A stretch of 64,000 nucleotides of DNA from an uncultured Pseudomonadales bacterium (lineage in GTDB: Bacteria > Pseudomonadota > Gammaproteobacteria > Pseudomonadales > JBECKS01), in assembly GCA_964557005.1 (NCBI GenBank), contig CAZKYI010000003.1, forward strand, positions 89,911 through 153,910, read 5' to 3'. Below, in pieces: positions 43,909-54,005 of this stretch; position 1 is the stretch's first letter; the number at the start of each line of letters is the position of its first letter. The notes under the pieces are model-generated. The model did no database searches. It was given only the letters and a program-made list of their open reading frames with translations, and was not told the DNA's origin. The position numbers were made by a program, and so were the translations under genes.

Positions 43909-45168
43909 TTAGGTGTTGCCACACAATAAACCTAAAGGTAGAGCATACAATTTGTGTGTTCCCTGCGTGAAAGACAGCACATCTTTGCCTGTATAAAACA
44001 ACACGCCATAACGGAATTTCTGACCGGCATAATCCGCAAGTATATTCAAACCCTTGAAATCATGCTGTGTAACGCTGGCCGATGCCTTGACTTCAATACC
44101 AATAATCTCGCCATTAGCCTGCTCCAATACCAAGTCCACCTCGTGTTTTTTGTTATCACGAAAATGGTACAGCGCTGCATCATCTTGCGCCCAGCTCACT
44201 TGTTTACAACACTCCATGTAGAGCAGGTTTTCAAGCAAGCCACCGTAAAACTGACTGCCAAGCAGTTGCTCTGGTGTTCTCAATCCCAGCAAATGACAAG
44301 CGAGACCCGTATCAATAAAGTGAAGTTTCGGCATGCCCGTGGCCTGCCGCTTGGCGCGGTTTTTCAACCAGGGTGGAACGCGCCTGACAATAAACATCAA
44401 CTCCAGAATTTCAATGTAGGCCTTGACCAGTTTGTCATCAAGAGACAAATCATTAGCGATATTGGCGTACTTGATGAGATTGCCGCATAAGCCTGCCAGA
44501 TAAGGTGCCAGTGCTTGCAGGCGAGAGTGATAATCACCCCGTGCCGTGTACAAGGTTTCAAAGTCCTTGAACAAACGCCCTTCCATATAGGATTTAAACC
44601 ATAACCGCCGCGCCCTTGGGCTTGTCTCCTGCACTTCAGGATAACCGCCTGTTAATATCCATTGCGCCAGTTGTTCGCGTTTTAACAAAGGAACATGTCG
44701 GACACGAAAATCGCCAGCAATCAGATAATCAATCAGGTTACGCTCCTGCCCGGTAATCTCACCCACAGACAAGGGATAAAGTTCCAAACGCGCCATGTGC
44801 CCTGGCAAAGCTTCCTGTGATTTGGCAGAGCGAAAAATATCTGCTGAACCCGTCAGCAAAAATTTTCCACGAGTACCCGAAGGTAATGTATCGGAAGCGG
44901 CTTTAATGGCGGGAATAAGCTGCGGGGCATATTGGAATTCGTCGAGCGCCACTGACTGCCCTTCCAGAGACTCAATGAAACCGTGTGAATCCTGAGTTGC
45001 AGATTCCAATACCGCCTGCTGATCCAGCGTCAGATAAGTCATTCCCAGCTCCTGAGCCAAAGCTCGCACCAGTGTGGTTTTTCCCGCCTGACGCGGGCCA
45101 GTCAGGTACACAATGCGGAACTGTGTCAGCATCTCGCGCATCAGCAAGGTGAGCTTTCTGGGGTACAT
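43909..45168 (-). CDS. AAA+ ATPase (AAA_14-type) with C-terminal DUF4143 domain, copy C
   Basis: Walker A GPRQAGKTTL, Walker B VALDEFQ, and LLTGS...LPGHMARLEL. Third divergent paralogue in the window. Confidence 0.75.
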   Translation of the reverse strand: MYPRKLTLLMREMLTQFRIVYLTGPRQAGKTTLVRALAQELGMTYLTLDQQAVLESATQDSHGFIESLEGQSVALDEFQYAPQLIPAIKAASDTLPSGTRGKFLLTGSADIFRSAKSQEALPGHMARLELYPLSVGEITGQERNLIDYLIAGDFRVRHVPLLKREQLAQWILTGGYPEVQETSPRARRLWFKSYMEGRLFKDFETLYTARGDYHSRLQALAPYLAGLCGNLIKYANIANDLSLDDKLVKAYIEILELMFIVRRVPPWLKNRAKRQATGMPKLHFIDTGLACHLLGLRTPEQLLGSQFYGGLLENLLYMECCKQVSWAQDDAALYHFRDNKKHEVDLVLEQANGEIIGIEVKASASVTQHDFKGLNILADYAGQKFRYGVLFYTGKDVLSFTQGTHKLYALPLGLLCGNT

Positions 45169-45208
45169 GGCAGCAACTCTACAGGTTTATACAGGCTGCA
45201 TGATATAG

Positions 45209-45270
45209 CTTAACCCGAGAAATACCAACTCTTAACCCGAGAAAATCCAACTCTTAGCCCGAGAAATCTG
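45209..45270. repeat. Three contiguous 22-bp direct repeats (CTTAACCCGAGAAATACCAACT / CTTAACCCGAGAAAATCCAACT / CTTAGCCCGAGAAATCTG...)
   Basis: Read directly. Located 41-102 nt upstream of the ATPase C start codon, between it and the waaA stop. There are no spacers. Confidence 0.7.
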
Positions 45271-45299
45271 AAAGCACGCACAGCTTTATTGCGCTTCAT

Positions 45300-46601
45300 T
45301 TATTTCAGAAAATCAATCTGTCCCGCAAGATCTGCAAGCATTTTGTCGGTCATGCCTTCACTGTTTTGCACAATCTGGTTGGCGGCAGCGCCCAGGGCGG
45401 TGCGCTTTGATTCATCAGCGAGTAGCTCAAGCAGTGTAACAGTTAAATTTTCCTGCCAGTTTACTTCGCTGATTTGTATGGCAGCCTGATGTTCCTGAAT
45501 CAAATCGTGAAAGCCTGGCTGTTTGAATATCCACGGGCCGTAAACAATCGCCTTGCTGAAAAATGCAGGTTCAAAAATATTATGCCCGCCCACTTTCGGA
45601 GTGAAGGAACCTGCCACCACTGCTACATCGCTGATTTCATAAATGTGCATGAGCAAGCCCATCGCATCGAGCAGCAGGAAATCACAATTTTCCCTGTGTT
45701 GCTGTTGTTGGGTATAGCTTCTGAAAACCACGTGTTGCTGAACCAGTAAGTTTGTTACTTCGGAGAAGCGTTCAGGGTGCCTTGGCACCAGAATTACTTG
45801 CAACCCTTGTATTTGTTTTTGTAATTGCTGGCTGATTTTTATAAAAGCCGTTTCTTCACCTGTGTGTGTTGAAGCAAACACCAATATCGGTGCTGCACTG
45901 TTCAAACCAAGCTCGTTAATAAACGCCTGTTTTTGCTGCTCTGTTTTTTGCGCATAACTGCGATCAAGTTTGATGTTGCCCGTTTGCAGCATTCTTTCCT
46001 GTTGAATGCCGAGCAATTCAAAACGCCGTTTGTAAATGGCACACTGCACATACAATTTATCTATCGGATCGAGCAGTAACTTTTTGAGCCAGGGGAATTT
46101 TCGGTAAGTGTCAAAAGTGCTTTGTGAAATTTTTCCATTGATTAAAAACACAGGCACGGCGAACTTATCTGCAAGATTCAACAGGGAAGGCCATAAATCG
46201 GTTTCCATAATAAAAATTGCATTGGGATTCACCGCCTTGAAAATCTTTTCAATCAAGAAAGAAAAATCCGCAGGATAATAAAATACATAATCAATATATT
46301 GGCTTTCACTTAACACCTTGAATCCTGTTTCGGTACAGGTACTCGCAGAAATAATCAGCGTGGGTGATTTTTGCTTCAGTGCTTTTGCGAATTGATCGGA
46401 AATCTGGCTTTCACCCAAGGAAACTGAATGCAGCCACACCGATTTTTCTCGCGCTGCGAGTTTGGGCAGGGTTTGCATACCCAAACGCTGCACCGTGCTG
46501 TGGCGATACTTTCCTGTAAACAACAAACGATAAACATACACAGGTGCAATCAATAGCAACAGCAAACACCAGAGTAAATTGTAGAAAAAATTAAACATCA
46601 T
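45300..46601 (-). CDS. waaA: 3-deoxy-D-manno-octulosonic acid (Kdo) transferase
   Basis: N-terminal membrane anchor followed by WLHSVSLGESQ, and a glycosyltransferase C-terminal half (GGSF...GGHN), both typical of WaaA/KdtA. Confidence 0.85.
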   Translation of the reverse strand: MMFNFFYNLLWCLLLLLIAPVYVYRLLFTGKYRHSTVQRLGMQTLPKLAAREKSVWLHSVSLGESQISDQFAKALKQKSPTLIISASTCTETGFKVLSESQYIDYVFYYPADFSFLIEKIFKAVNPNAIFIMETDLWPSLLNLADKFAVPVFLINGKISQSTFDTYRKFPWLKKLLLDPIDKLYVQCAIYKRRFELLGIQQERMLQTGNIKLDRSYAQKTEQQKQAFINELGLNSAAPILVFASTHTGEETAFIKISQQLQKQIQGLQVILVPRHPERFSEVTNLLVQQHVVFRSYTQQQQHRENCDFLLLDAMGLLMHIYEISDVAVVAGSFTPKVGGHNIFEPAFFSKAIVYGPWIFKQPGFHDLIQEHQAAIQISEVNWQENLTVTLLELLADESKRTALGAAANQIVQNSEGMTDKMLADLAGQIDFLK

Positions 46602-47317
46602 GATGAAAATATATGGCGCAAGCTGGTGTCTGAAAATTGTTTGGCTGCCTGTGCTATGGCTACGTTTGTTTCAAGATTTTTATATTGCGGAAAAGTTGCC
46701 AGCAAGGGTGCTGCAATGCCCTTTTCAATACTGGCTATATTTTCACGCACCACGAAATCATCGGCCGCTTCAACCAGATTTGCAAGCCAGCCCAGCAGTT
46801 TCAAACCGCTGCGCTCAATCGCTTCTGCACTTAACAAGGCATGGTTGATGCAACCCAAACGAATCGCCACCACTAATATCACAGGTAAATTCAGCTCTAA
46901 GGCAAAATCACTGAAATAATAGTGGTGCTCCCCTTGTTCAGAAATCGGCACACGCCACCCGCCTGCACCTTCAATCAAATGAAAATCAGCAGGGGTTTGC
47001 AAAAACGCTTGCGCTTTGTAAATTAAATCAGGCGGCTCAATGGTTTTGTTAGCGAGTTTGGCAGCGACATGAGGCGCGATGGCTTGTTGAAAAGCAAAAG
47101 GATTCACCTGTGCATAGGGCAGTTTTTCGGTAGCAAAGTGTGTGAGCAACAGCGCATCGTTATTTCTCAAACCTTCATCTGTTGGTGTGCAGCCCGATGC
47201 CACAGGCTTCATCGCACACGTGCGCTTGCCTGCGTGTTGCGCCGCATGTAAAAGTGCGCAAGCTGCAAAAGTTTTGCCCACGTCGGTATCGGTGCCTGTG
47301 ATAAATACTTTAGACAT
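46598..47317 (-). CDS. bioD: Dethiobiotin synthetase
   Basis: P-loop FITGTDTDVGKT, and its position in the bio operon. Confidence 0.85.
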   Translation of the reverse strand: MSKVFITGTDTDVGKTFAACALLHAAQHAGKRTCAMKPVASGCTPTDEGLRNNDALLLTHFATEKLPYAQVNPFAFQQAIAPHVAAKLANKTIEPPDLIYKAQAFLQTPADFHLIEGAGGWRVPISEQGEHHYYFSDFALELNLPVILVVAIRLGCINHALLSAEAIERSGLKLLGWLANLVEAADDFVVRENIASIEKGIAAPLLATFPQYKNLETNVAIAQAAKQFSDTSLRHIFSS

Positions 47318-48116
47318 ACTTGTGCTTTAATCTGAAACCAAAAAAATAACTGTGGTAACTTAAACTATAAGCCTTCGGAAATCTGGATTGTTGTTTGAAT
47401 GCCTGACTAAACGCAAAATAATGATGTTTGCCCGTTAAATGTTTAACGCGATTTTGCTCAAGATTATGCGCACCAATGTATTTAATGTGCTTTAACGCAT
47501 CGCGCTGATGTTCAAAACCGAGCACATCTTGCCTTTGTGAAAAATGCAGGCATTCAAAGTGATGTTTCTCTGCTGCTTTTAACAGCACATCCTGATGGGA
47601 AAACGCATGCACATGCACAGCGTTATCGACCGCCAGCCAGGCTTGTTTCAGTTCTTCAAAAGTACCCTCGCCTGGCATGGAAAAATAAACGCAGCCGCCT
47701 TGCTTTAATACACGCGCTAATTCCTGAAACAGCACATCGATATGATTCACCCATTGAAACGCATAAGAGCTTAAACACACATCAACGCTGTTCGATTGAA
47801 ACGGCATGCTTTGTAAATCAGCACATACAAACGCATTAGCTGAATCAAACGCGACATCTTGTTTGAGCATGCTCTCACACACATCAAGACGAATAACTTG
47901 TGCATGTGGAAAGGTTTGTTCACACACTTGCGACACAAATCCTGTGCCGCTGCCCAAATCCACCATCGCCGTGGTTTCGTTTGGCTGATGGTTATCACAG
48001 GAAAAAATATCTACCAATTGTTTGGCAATGGTGTATTGATGCTCTGCTGCCTGCGTGTAGGTGTATGCCGCGCGTGAAAAGGATTCGCGAATGCTTTTGA
48101 GTTGTTCCAGACTCAT
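47310..48116 (-). CDS. bioC: Malonyl-ACP O-methyltransferase
   Basis: SAM-binding motif VDLGSGTG, the N-terminal SFSRAAYTY...A pattern, and bio-operon context. Confidence 0.8.
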   Translation of the reverse strand: MSLEQLKSIRESFSRAAYTYTQAAEHQYTIAKQLVDIFSCDNHQPNETTAMVDLGSGTGFVSQVCEQTFPHAQVIRLDVCESMLKQDVAFDSANAFVCADLQSMPFQSNSVDVCLSSYAFQWVNHIDVLFQELARVLKQGGCVYFSMPGEGTFEELKQAWLAVDNAVHVHAFSHQDVLLKAAEKHHFECLHFSQRQDVLGFEHQRDALKHIKYIGAHNLEQNRVKHLTGKHHYFAFSQAFKQQSRFPKAYSLSYHSYFFGFRLKHKYV

Positions 48117-48928
48117 TTGCGCTGTACTCCCTCAAGAATAATTTTCGCCACGGCTTGCGCATGGGAAAGCTGAGGCACATGGCTGGCACCTTGTACACAA
48201 TGTATTGTTACCTGGGGATTCAATGCCTGTATTGCCTGTGCAGCCTGTTGTGGAATCAGGGTGTCGTATTCACCCAAAATAAAATCAATCGGCACTTCAC
48301 ACGCTGTAAGTGCTTCGCGCAAATCGTTATCCTTTAAAATGTTCAAACCTTCTCGCAGTGCTTTTTGCGCAGGCAAACCATGATGAAATAATCGCTCACG
48401 CATTTTTCTGGTATCTTCGCGAATCGATTCGCTGCCCTTGCATTGCAGTGTTAGAAAGCGAATCAATGTGCCTTGCCAGTCTTCTTCCAACAAGGCTTGA
48501 AATTGACTAAATACTTTCTCAGGCATGGCTTTAGGCCAATTATCACTTGCAACAAATTTTGGTGTGGCGGCCAATAAAAAAGCCCGTTCAATTTTTTCAG
48601 GCTTATGTTGCGCAAGATATTGCACACACAAACCACCCAACGACCAGCCCAGCCAAATGGCACGCTGCGGTGCGACTTCGATGATTTTTTCACACACACT
48701 TTTTAATGTGTATTCACCCCCATGCAGAGGGCTTCTGCCCATGCCGGGTAAATCAATCAGTGTGATATGACATTGCTTGTTTAACAGTGGAACCAGCTCG
48801 TCCCAAATCAGGCTGTTCATGCCCCAACCGTGTAACAACACCAAATTCGGGACAGCATCAGTTTCTGCTTCAAGCGCAGGATAGACATCGTGATACAAAG
48901 TGAGCGGCACACTTACAGACATGCGCAC
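48113..48928 (-). CDS. bioH: Pimeloyl-ACP methyl ester carboxylesterase
   Basis: Alpha/beta hydrolase with LVLLHGWG and nucleophile elbow GWSLGG, located between bioF and bioC. The start is either GTG at 48928 or ATG at 48922. Confidence 0.8.
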   Translation of the reverse strand: MRMSVSVPLTLYHDVYPALEAETDAVPNLVLLHGWGMNSLIWDELVPLLNKQCHITLIDLPGMGRSPLHGGEYTLKSVCEKIIEVAPQRAIWLGWSLGGLCVQYLAQHKPEKIERAFLLAATPKFVASDNWPKAMPEKVFSQFQALLEEDWQGTLIRFLTLQCKGSESIREDTRKMRERLFHHGLPAQKALREGLNILKDNDLREALTACEVPIDFILGEYDTLIPQQAAQAIQALNPQVTIHCVQGASHVPQLSHAQAVAKIILEGVQRK

Positions 48929-50091
48929 TCCTGAATTTTTTTAAGGCTGCAAAGCAGGTGCTCAATATCGCTTTCGCTGTGCGCAGCACTGAGCGTAATG
49001 CGCAAGCGTGAACTATTGGCAGGCACGGTAGGTGGGCGAATGGCGGTGACCAGAATATGCTCTTGCAGCAGCGCTTCTGACCACGCCAATGCCTGTTCTG
49101 CGCTGTTCAAAACCAGCGGTTGAATTGCAGTATCGGAGGGTAAAAGCATTAAACCCAAAGCCTGCGCTTCCTGTTTGAAGAACTGAATCAGTTTTTGTAA
49201 ATGGGTTTGTCTCCAGCTTTCCTGTTGCAATAAATCCAGCGCGGTTTGCGTACACACCGCCATCGCAGGTGGCATGGCGGTGGTGTAAATATAATGGCGG
49301 CAAAATTGAATAAGATATTCAATCAGGTTTTTACTGCCTGCAACAAAAGCGCCCGATGTCCCCAGCGCCTTGCCAAAAGTCGCCATGTAAACAGGCACAG
49401 CATTTTGTGTCACACCTTGTGCGTTGACACTGCCACGTCCACCTTCACCAAGCACGCCAAAGCCATGCGCATCATCGAGCATTAACCATGTCTGGTGGCG
49501 CTGTGCCAGTTCAAGCAGTGTGGGAATATCGGCACTGTCACCATCCATGCTGAACACTGCATCACTTACAATCATGCGGTTTTCGGCCTGATTATTTTCA
49601 AGTTTGTTTGAAAGGCTTTTCATATCATTATGCAAATAACGCTGAAAGCGTGCGCCGCTGAACAAACCACCATCGAGCAAGGAAGCGTGATTGAGCTTGT
49701 CCTGAAATACTGCATCACCCTTGTCTAACAAGCTCGTCAATATGCCAACATTGGCAGCATAACCACTGCCAAACACCAGACACGCTTCAACATTCAAAAA
49801 TTGTGCAAGTTTTTGTTCCAGATCGTGATGTGCCTGATGATGACCAATCACCAAATGCGATGCACCACTGCCAACACCAAAAGCTTTGCTCGCTTGCTGC
49901 AAGCTTTCAATCAACTTGGGATGTTTCGCCAAACCGAGATAATCATTGCTGCAAAAATTCAGAATATCGTTAGGCTGATTTTGCAGACGAATGCGCTCGG
50001 CCTGTGCGCTTTGCAATACTCTGCGCTGACGATAGAGATGATTATGCGCACGCTCCGCCAAACGCGCCTGCACACGAGTTTCCAGACTCAT
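48913..50091 (-). CDS. bioF: 8-amino-7-oxononanoate synthase
   Basis: PLP-dependent acyltransferase motifs ([24 protein letters not shown]). Confidence 0.9.
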   Translation of the reverse strand: MSLETRVQARLAERAHNHLYRQRRVLQSAQAERIRLQNQPNDILNFCSNDYLGLAKHPKLIESLQQASKAFGVGSGASHLVIGHHQAHHDLEQKLAQFLNVEACLVFGSGYAANVGILTSLLDKGDAVFQDKLNHASLLDGGLFSGARFQRYLHNDMKSLSNKLENNQAENRMIVSDAVFSMDGDSADIPTLLELAQRHQTWLMLDDAHGFGVLGEGGRGSVNAQGVTQNAVPVYMATFGKALGTSGAFVAGSKNLIEYLIQFCRHYIYTTAMPPAMAVCTQTALDLLQQESWRQTHLQKLIQFFKQEAQALGLMLLPSDTAIQPLVLNSAEQALAWSEALLQEHILVTAIRPPTVPANSSRLRITLSAAHSESDIEHLLCSLKKIQECACL

Positions 50092-51167
50092 GCTGTCTTT
50101 TTAGCAGCATCGTAATAAAGCTGACTTTCTTTTTGAGCCACCACAGAATCCAGTAACTGCGCTTCCAGATTGGCTTGTGCATGTTCTGTTTCAATTTGCA
50201 GGGGTTGAATGCCCAGTTTATTGAGCAAGGCCATATCCGCATTGGCATTGGCATTGGCGGTGGTGAGCAATTTTTCGCCGTAGAAAATGGAATTGGCGCC
50301 TGCAAAATAACACAGTGCCTGCGTTTGCTCGCTCATGCTTTCGCGCCCTGCGGATAAACGCACAAACGATGCAGGCATGATAATCCGCGCAACCGCAATG
50401 GTACGAATAAAATCAAATTCATCGAGTGCAGCAGTGTTTTCCAGTGGCGTGCCTTTAATTTTAACCAGCATATTAATAGGGACGCTTTCAGGGTGCTCAG
50501 GTAAATTCGCCAATTCCATCAATAAACCCAGGCGATCATTTTCGCTTTCGCCCATGCCGATAATCCCACCGCAACACACTTTCATGCCTGCATCGCGCAC
50601 ATTGGCGAGCGTATCCAACCTGTCCTGATAGGTGCGCGTGGTAATAATGTCTTTGTAATATGAGCGAGACGTATCGAGGTTGTGGTTATAATAATCCAGC
50701 CCCGCATTCGCCAAATCCTGTGCCTGTGTTTCATCGAGCATGCCGAGTGTCATACAGGTTTCCATGCCCAAGGCTTTAACACCTTTCACCATTTCCAGAA
50801 CCTGTGGCCAATCTTTTTCAGTGGGCGAGCGCCACGCCGCACCCATGCAAAAACGCGAAGCGCCTGCCGTCTTGGCTTTCTGTGCATCTTCCAGCACTTT
50901 TTGCACTGCAAGAAATTTTTCTTTTTCGAGACCCGTATTGTGATGCCCGCTTTGTGAGCAGTATTTGCAGTCCTCAGGGCAAGCACCTGTCTTGATGCTC
51001 ATCAGCGTGCTAATCTGCACCTGATTTGCTGGCTGGTATTCGCGATGAATACTGTGTGCCTTGAACAGCAAATCCATAAAAGGAAGTTGGTACAGAGCGC
51101 GTATTTCAGGGAGACTCCAATCATGACGCAGATGTGCAGTTAAAGCGGCGGTGGCAGTGGCGTTCAT
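50088..51167 (-). CDS. bioB: Biotin synthase
   Basis: Radical-SAM motif [11 protein letters not shown] plus typical BioB downstream motifs ([18 protein letters not shown]). Confidence 0.9.
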   Translation of the reverse strand: MNATATAALTAHLRHDWSLPEIRALYQLPFMDLLFKAHSIHREYQPANQVQISTLMSIKTGACPEDCKYCSQSGHHNTGLEKEKFLAVQKVLEDAQKAKTAGASRFCMGAAWRSPTEKDWPQVLEMVKGVKALGMETCMTLGMLDETQAQDLANAGLDYYNHNLDTSRSYYKDIITTRTYQDRLDTLANVRDAGMKVCCGGIIGMGESENDRLGLLMELANLPEHPESVPINMLVKIKGTPLENTAALDEFDFIRTIAVARIIMPASFVRLSAGRESMSEQTQALCYFAGANSIFYGEKLLTTANANANADMALLNKLGIQPLQIETEHAQANLEAQLLDSVVAQKESQLYYDAAKKTA

Positions 51168-51235
51168 ATCCTGACCTTTCTCAAGTAATTAAAATTTTAG
51201 GCTGACCGTAGTGGTGGGTGGGGCTATGTTAGTGC

Positions 51236-51997
51236 TTGCCCAAACGCTGTCAACCAAGGAAGGCTATTTTGGTTTACAAGCTCACTCAACAAATCTGCTA
51301 TTTATGTGAAGGCAGCATCGTGGCTTCACCCACGCATTCATATCAGCATCTATGCGCCTTTTGCCTTGCAGCACTGGCGAAAGAACAGCCTGCCTGTTTT
51401 CGCTGCGGCATCGCGATTCCTCACATCGAAGGCTCGAACAAGACTGTGCTTCACTGTGGTGATTGTCTGGCAAAACAACCGCTTCAATATCGCAGTGTTT
51501 GTGCGGTGGCTTATCGCTTCCCCTTGCCCGAGCTGATTGGCCAGCTCAAATTCCAGAAACAACTCGCTGTGGTACCTTGTTTGGCGGAATTATTTACCTT
51601 GAGTTGCAAGGCATATTATGAAAGTGATTGCTTACCTCAGGCTGTTTTGTCGATTCCGCTGCATGCCAGACGGGAATTCAAACGCGGTTTCAATCAAGCC
51701 GAAGTGCTGGCCTTACCGATTGGCAAGCAGCTAAACATCAAAGTGCTAAAACAAGTGGTGCTTAAATCGCGCGCAACGCCCTCGCAGATGTCACTGGGGA
51801 TTGAGCAGCGACATTTGAATGTGCAGGGTGCATTTTCACTGGCAAGGAATCACGGTTTGGAAAGCTTCAACCATATTGCGTTGTTTGATGATGTCATCAC
51901 CACCGGTGCGACCATGCACGCAGTGGCAGCCTTACTTAAACAGGCAGGTGTGCAGAGAGTGGATTTCTGGTCACTGGCGCGCACACCCAAATCCTAG
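51236..51997 (+). CDS. comF: ComF-family (amidophosphoribosyltransferase-like) protein
   Basis: N-terminal Cys pairs (CYLCEG...CAFC...CFRCG...CGDC) and a C-terminal PRT loop ALFDDVITTGATM. The track start is TTG, so the true start is uncertain. Confidence 0.75.
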   Translation: MPKRCQPRKAILVYKLTQQICYLCEGSIVASPTHSYQHLCAFCLAALAKEQPACFRCGIAIPHIEGSNKTVLHCGDCLAKQPLQYRSVCAVAYRFPLPELIGQLKFQKQLAVVPCLAELFTLSCKAYYESDCLPQAVLSIPLHARREFKRGFNQAEVLALPIGKQLNIKVLKQVVLKSRATPSQMSLGIEQRHLNVQGAFSLARNHGLESFNHIALFDDVITTGATMHAVAALLKQAGVQRVDFWSLARTPKS

Positions 51998-53088
51998 TCA
52001 AAAACCACAATGCCTCGCGCATTGGAGCCGCCTTCCATATCGGCAAAGGCTTCTTTAATTTGCTCAATCGAATAGGTTTTGGAAATCATATTATCCAGAT
52101 CCAGTTGGCCGTTTTTATACAGTGCGAGCAAGTTCGGGAAATCCACTTTCGGGTAGGCGCTGCCATAATAACAGCCTTTGAATGTTTTCCCTGTCATGGA
52201 AAATCCAAAGGCATTGAATTCAAAATTTTTGGTGAGGCTGCCCACACCGACGACGGTTGCAGTTCCGCCACGACGCGTGAGTTGATCGAGAATTTTCACG
52301 GTTGCAGGAATACCCACCGCTTCAAAACCGAAATCCACACCGATGCCTTTGGTTAGGGCTTTCACCTGATTCACCGCATCGTCGCCAAGCACGCCATGCG
52401 TTGCGCCAAATTTTTGCGCCATATCGAGCTTGCTTTGCATTTGATCAACCGCAATCACCATTTTCGCGCCAGCAATACGCGCACCTTGAATAATGGAAAG
52501 CCCGATGCCACCGCACCCGATGACAGCCACTGTTGAACCTGGCTCCACCTTGGCGGTTTTGATGGCGGCACCTACGCCTGTCATCACACCACAGCCTAGA
52601 AAGGCGGCAACGGTGAAAGGAATGTCTTTATCAATTTTGACGCAGTTGGCCGCCGGTACGATGGATTCTTCCGCCATGCAGCCTGTCATCATCATGGTGT
52701 TCAGGCTTTCACCATTTTGCCGATGCACGCGGCTGGTGCCATCGAGCATCTTGCCCAAGGTTCTATCCGCCGTATTGCACAGATGATGCTGGTCGTGATC
52801 GCAGTAATAACAATCGCCACACATGTACACCCACGAAAGCGCCACGTGATCGCCCACTGCCAGCCCCTTCACACCTTCACCCAGTTCAGTGACGATGCCT
52901 GCCCCTTCATGCCCCAAAACCAGCGCACCGAAATTGGCAAGTGGAATCGTACCGTTGATCACCGATAAATCTGAATGGCAAACACCCGCAGCTTTTATTT
53001 TTACTCTCACTTCACCCGCTTTCGGGGGGTCAATGTGAATGTCCTGCACCGAATACTCATTCAATTTATCAACAACAACTGCTCGCAT
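51994..53088 (-). CDS. Zinc-dependent alcohol dehydrogenase family oxidoreductase
   Basis: GVCHSD catalytic zinc motif, structural zinc Cys cluster (CGDCYYCDHDQHHLC), and GCGGIGLS NAD motif. Confidence 0.85.
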   Translation of the reverse strand: MRAVVVDKLNEYSVQDIHIDPPKAGEVRVKIKAAGVCHSDLSVINGTIPLANFGALVLGHEGAGIVTELGEGVKGLAVGDHVALSWVYMCGDCYYCDHDQHHLCNTADRTLGKMLDGTSRVHRQNGESLNTMMMTGCMAEESIVPAANCVKIDKDIPFTVAAFLGCGVMTGVGAAIKTAKVEPGSTVAVIGCGGIGLSIIQGARIAGAKMVIAVDQMQSKLDMAQKFGATHGVLGDDAVNQVKALTKGIGVDFGFEAVGIPATVKILDQLTRRGGTATVVGVGSLTKNFEFNAFGFSMTGKTFKGCYYGSAYPKVDFPNLLALYKNGQLDLDNMISKTYSIEQIKEAFADMEGGSNARGIVVFD

Positions 53089-53181
53089 GATTAGCTCCTG
53101 AAACTTTGAATTTGAAAGCGCCTACACTCTTACAGGGGGGAAATGAAGTCAAGGTGTTGAAGGGGCGCCGCTTGGCGGCGT

Positions 53182-53436
53182 TCATTCCTCGTTTGCAGAT
53201 ACATATCGGATGCCGATACCAGCCAACAGCAATACAAAAGAGATAATAAGCATACGAAATAACTCAGGATATGTCGGGGCAAGTTCATCCAAGTATATTG
53301 GCTCACCAGGTACAACGCCCTGATATAGAAGTACCAATTCCGCGAAAGCGTAGGCCACACTTATAGAGCCGATTAATATCAACACCCACCCAGCTACGCT
53401 ACCAACAAACTTGGTTAATTTCGAACTAAGGCTCAT
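53182..53436 (-). CDS. Small two-TM membrane protein (84 aa)
   Basis: Two hydrophobic segments. Starts 8 nt after the MazF-like stop, in the same orientation. Confidence 0.45.
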   Translation of the reverse strand: MSLSSKLTKFVGSVAGWVLILIGSISVAYAFAELVLLYQGVVPGEPIYLDELAPTYPELFRMLIISFVLLLAGIGIRYVSANEE

Positions 53437-53444
53437 AACAGTTT

Positions 53445-53789
53445 TTAGTTGTTATTTCCACGAATCGTGCTGACAACCTGTTCACGCAGTGCATGCAATG
53501 TTGTTGCTGAAAGTTTGCCAACTTCGCGCTGTAGCAGGCTGTCATGCGCGGTAAATAATTTTCCCGGACGCGCATAACTGATTCGTTGCAACGAACCTTC
53601 GGTAAAATCTTTTTGATTCAATTCAAGCGCTTGACCATCATAAGGTTGACTGGTGATTTGGCAGAGAATGCAATCACCTTTATCGAGGGTGGCAATCACT
53701 GCCGCAGGGCGTAGTTTGGTGCGTGATAAATCCGAAAAGGGAAAGGAAACCAGCACTATGCTTCCGGCTGTAAATGTGCCCACGCGGAC
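53445..53789 (-). CDS. PemK/MazF-family type II toxin
   Basis: GSIVLVSFPFSDLSRTKLRPAAVI and ILCQITS motifs. The true start is probably an in-frame GTG (53789 or 53783) rather than the track ATG at 53810. Confidence 0.7.
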   Translation of the reverse strand, partial: VRVGTFTAGSIVLVSFPFSDLSRTKLRPAAVIATLDKGDCILCQITSQPYDGQALELNQKDFTEGSLQRISYARPGKLFTAHDSLLQREVGKLSATTLHALREQVVSTIRGNNN

Positions 53790-53974
53790 TCCTCTTCCTT
53801 GTTCAGCCACTCTGCTAAAGCAGGCTCAGACAGCAACAGTGGTTCATCATCAATGGGATCAAGCAAGGTAATCAACACGCGTTGTGGAGCACTCAACTGT
53901 ATGCGCTCCGACCATCGTATCTGGCCTTGTTGGTCAATGACAGCTTCTACTGTATGCAACATATTCGTTCTCAT
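53756..53974 (-). CDS. Putative antitoxin (AF2212/DUF104-like N-terminus)
   Basis: TVEAVIDQQGQIRWSERIQLSAPQRVLITLL resembles small swapped-hairpin antitoxins. Lies immediately upstream of, and overlapping, the MazF-like gene. Confidence 0.5.
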   Translation of the reverse strand: MRTNMLHTVEAVIDQQGQIRWSERIQLSAPQRVLITLLDPIDDEPLLLSEPALAEWLNKEEESAWAHLQPEA

Positions 53975-54005
53975 TATGATTTTTCAATGCTCGCCAAAGA
54001 TTGTG

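Noticed and set aside
43878-45195. GTATAAAC / GTTTATAC inverted 8-mers flanking ATPase copy C, as possible element ends
   Set aside because: Only 8 bp match, there are no target-site duplications, and the similarity does not extend. This is too weak to call a mobile-element boundary.
45209-45270. Possible CRISPR array
   Set aside because: The three 22-bp repeats are contiguous with no spacers, and no cas genes are present.
51994-51997. comF and the convergent alcohol dehydrogenase share a palindromic CTAG containing both stop codons
   Set aside because: This is a trivial consequence of convergent genes abutting, and no functional implication is evident.
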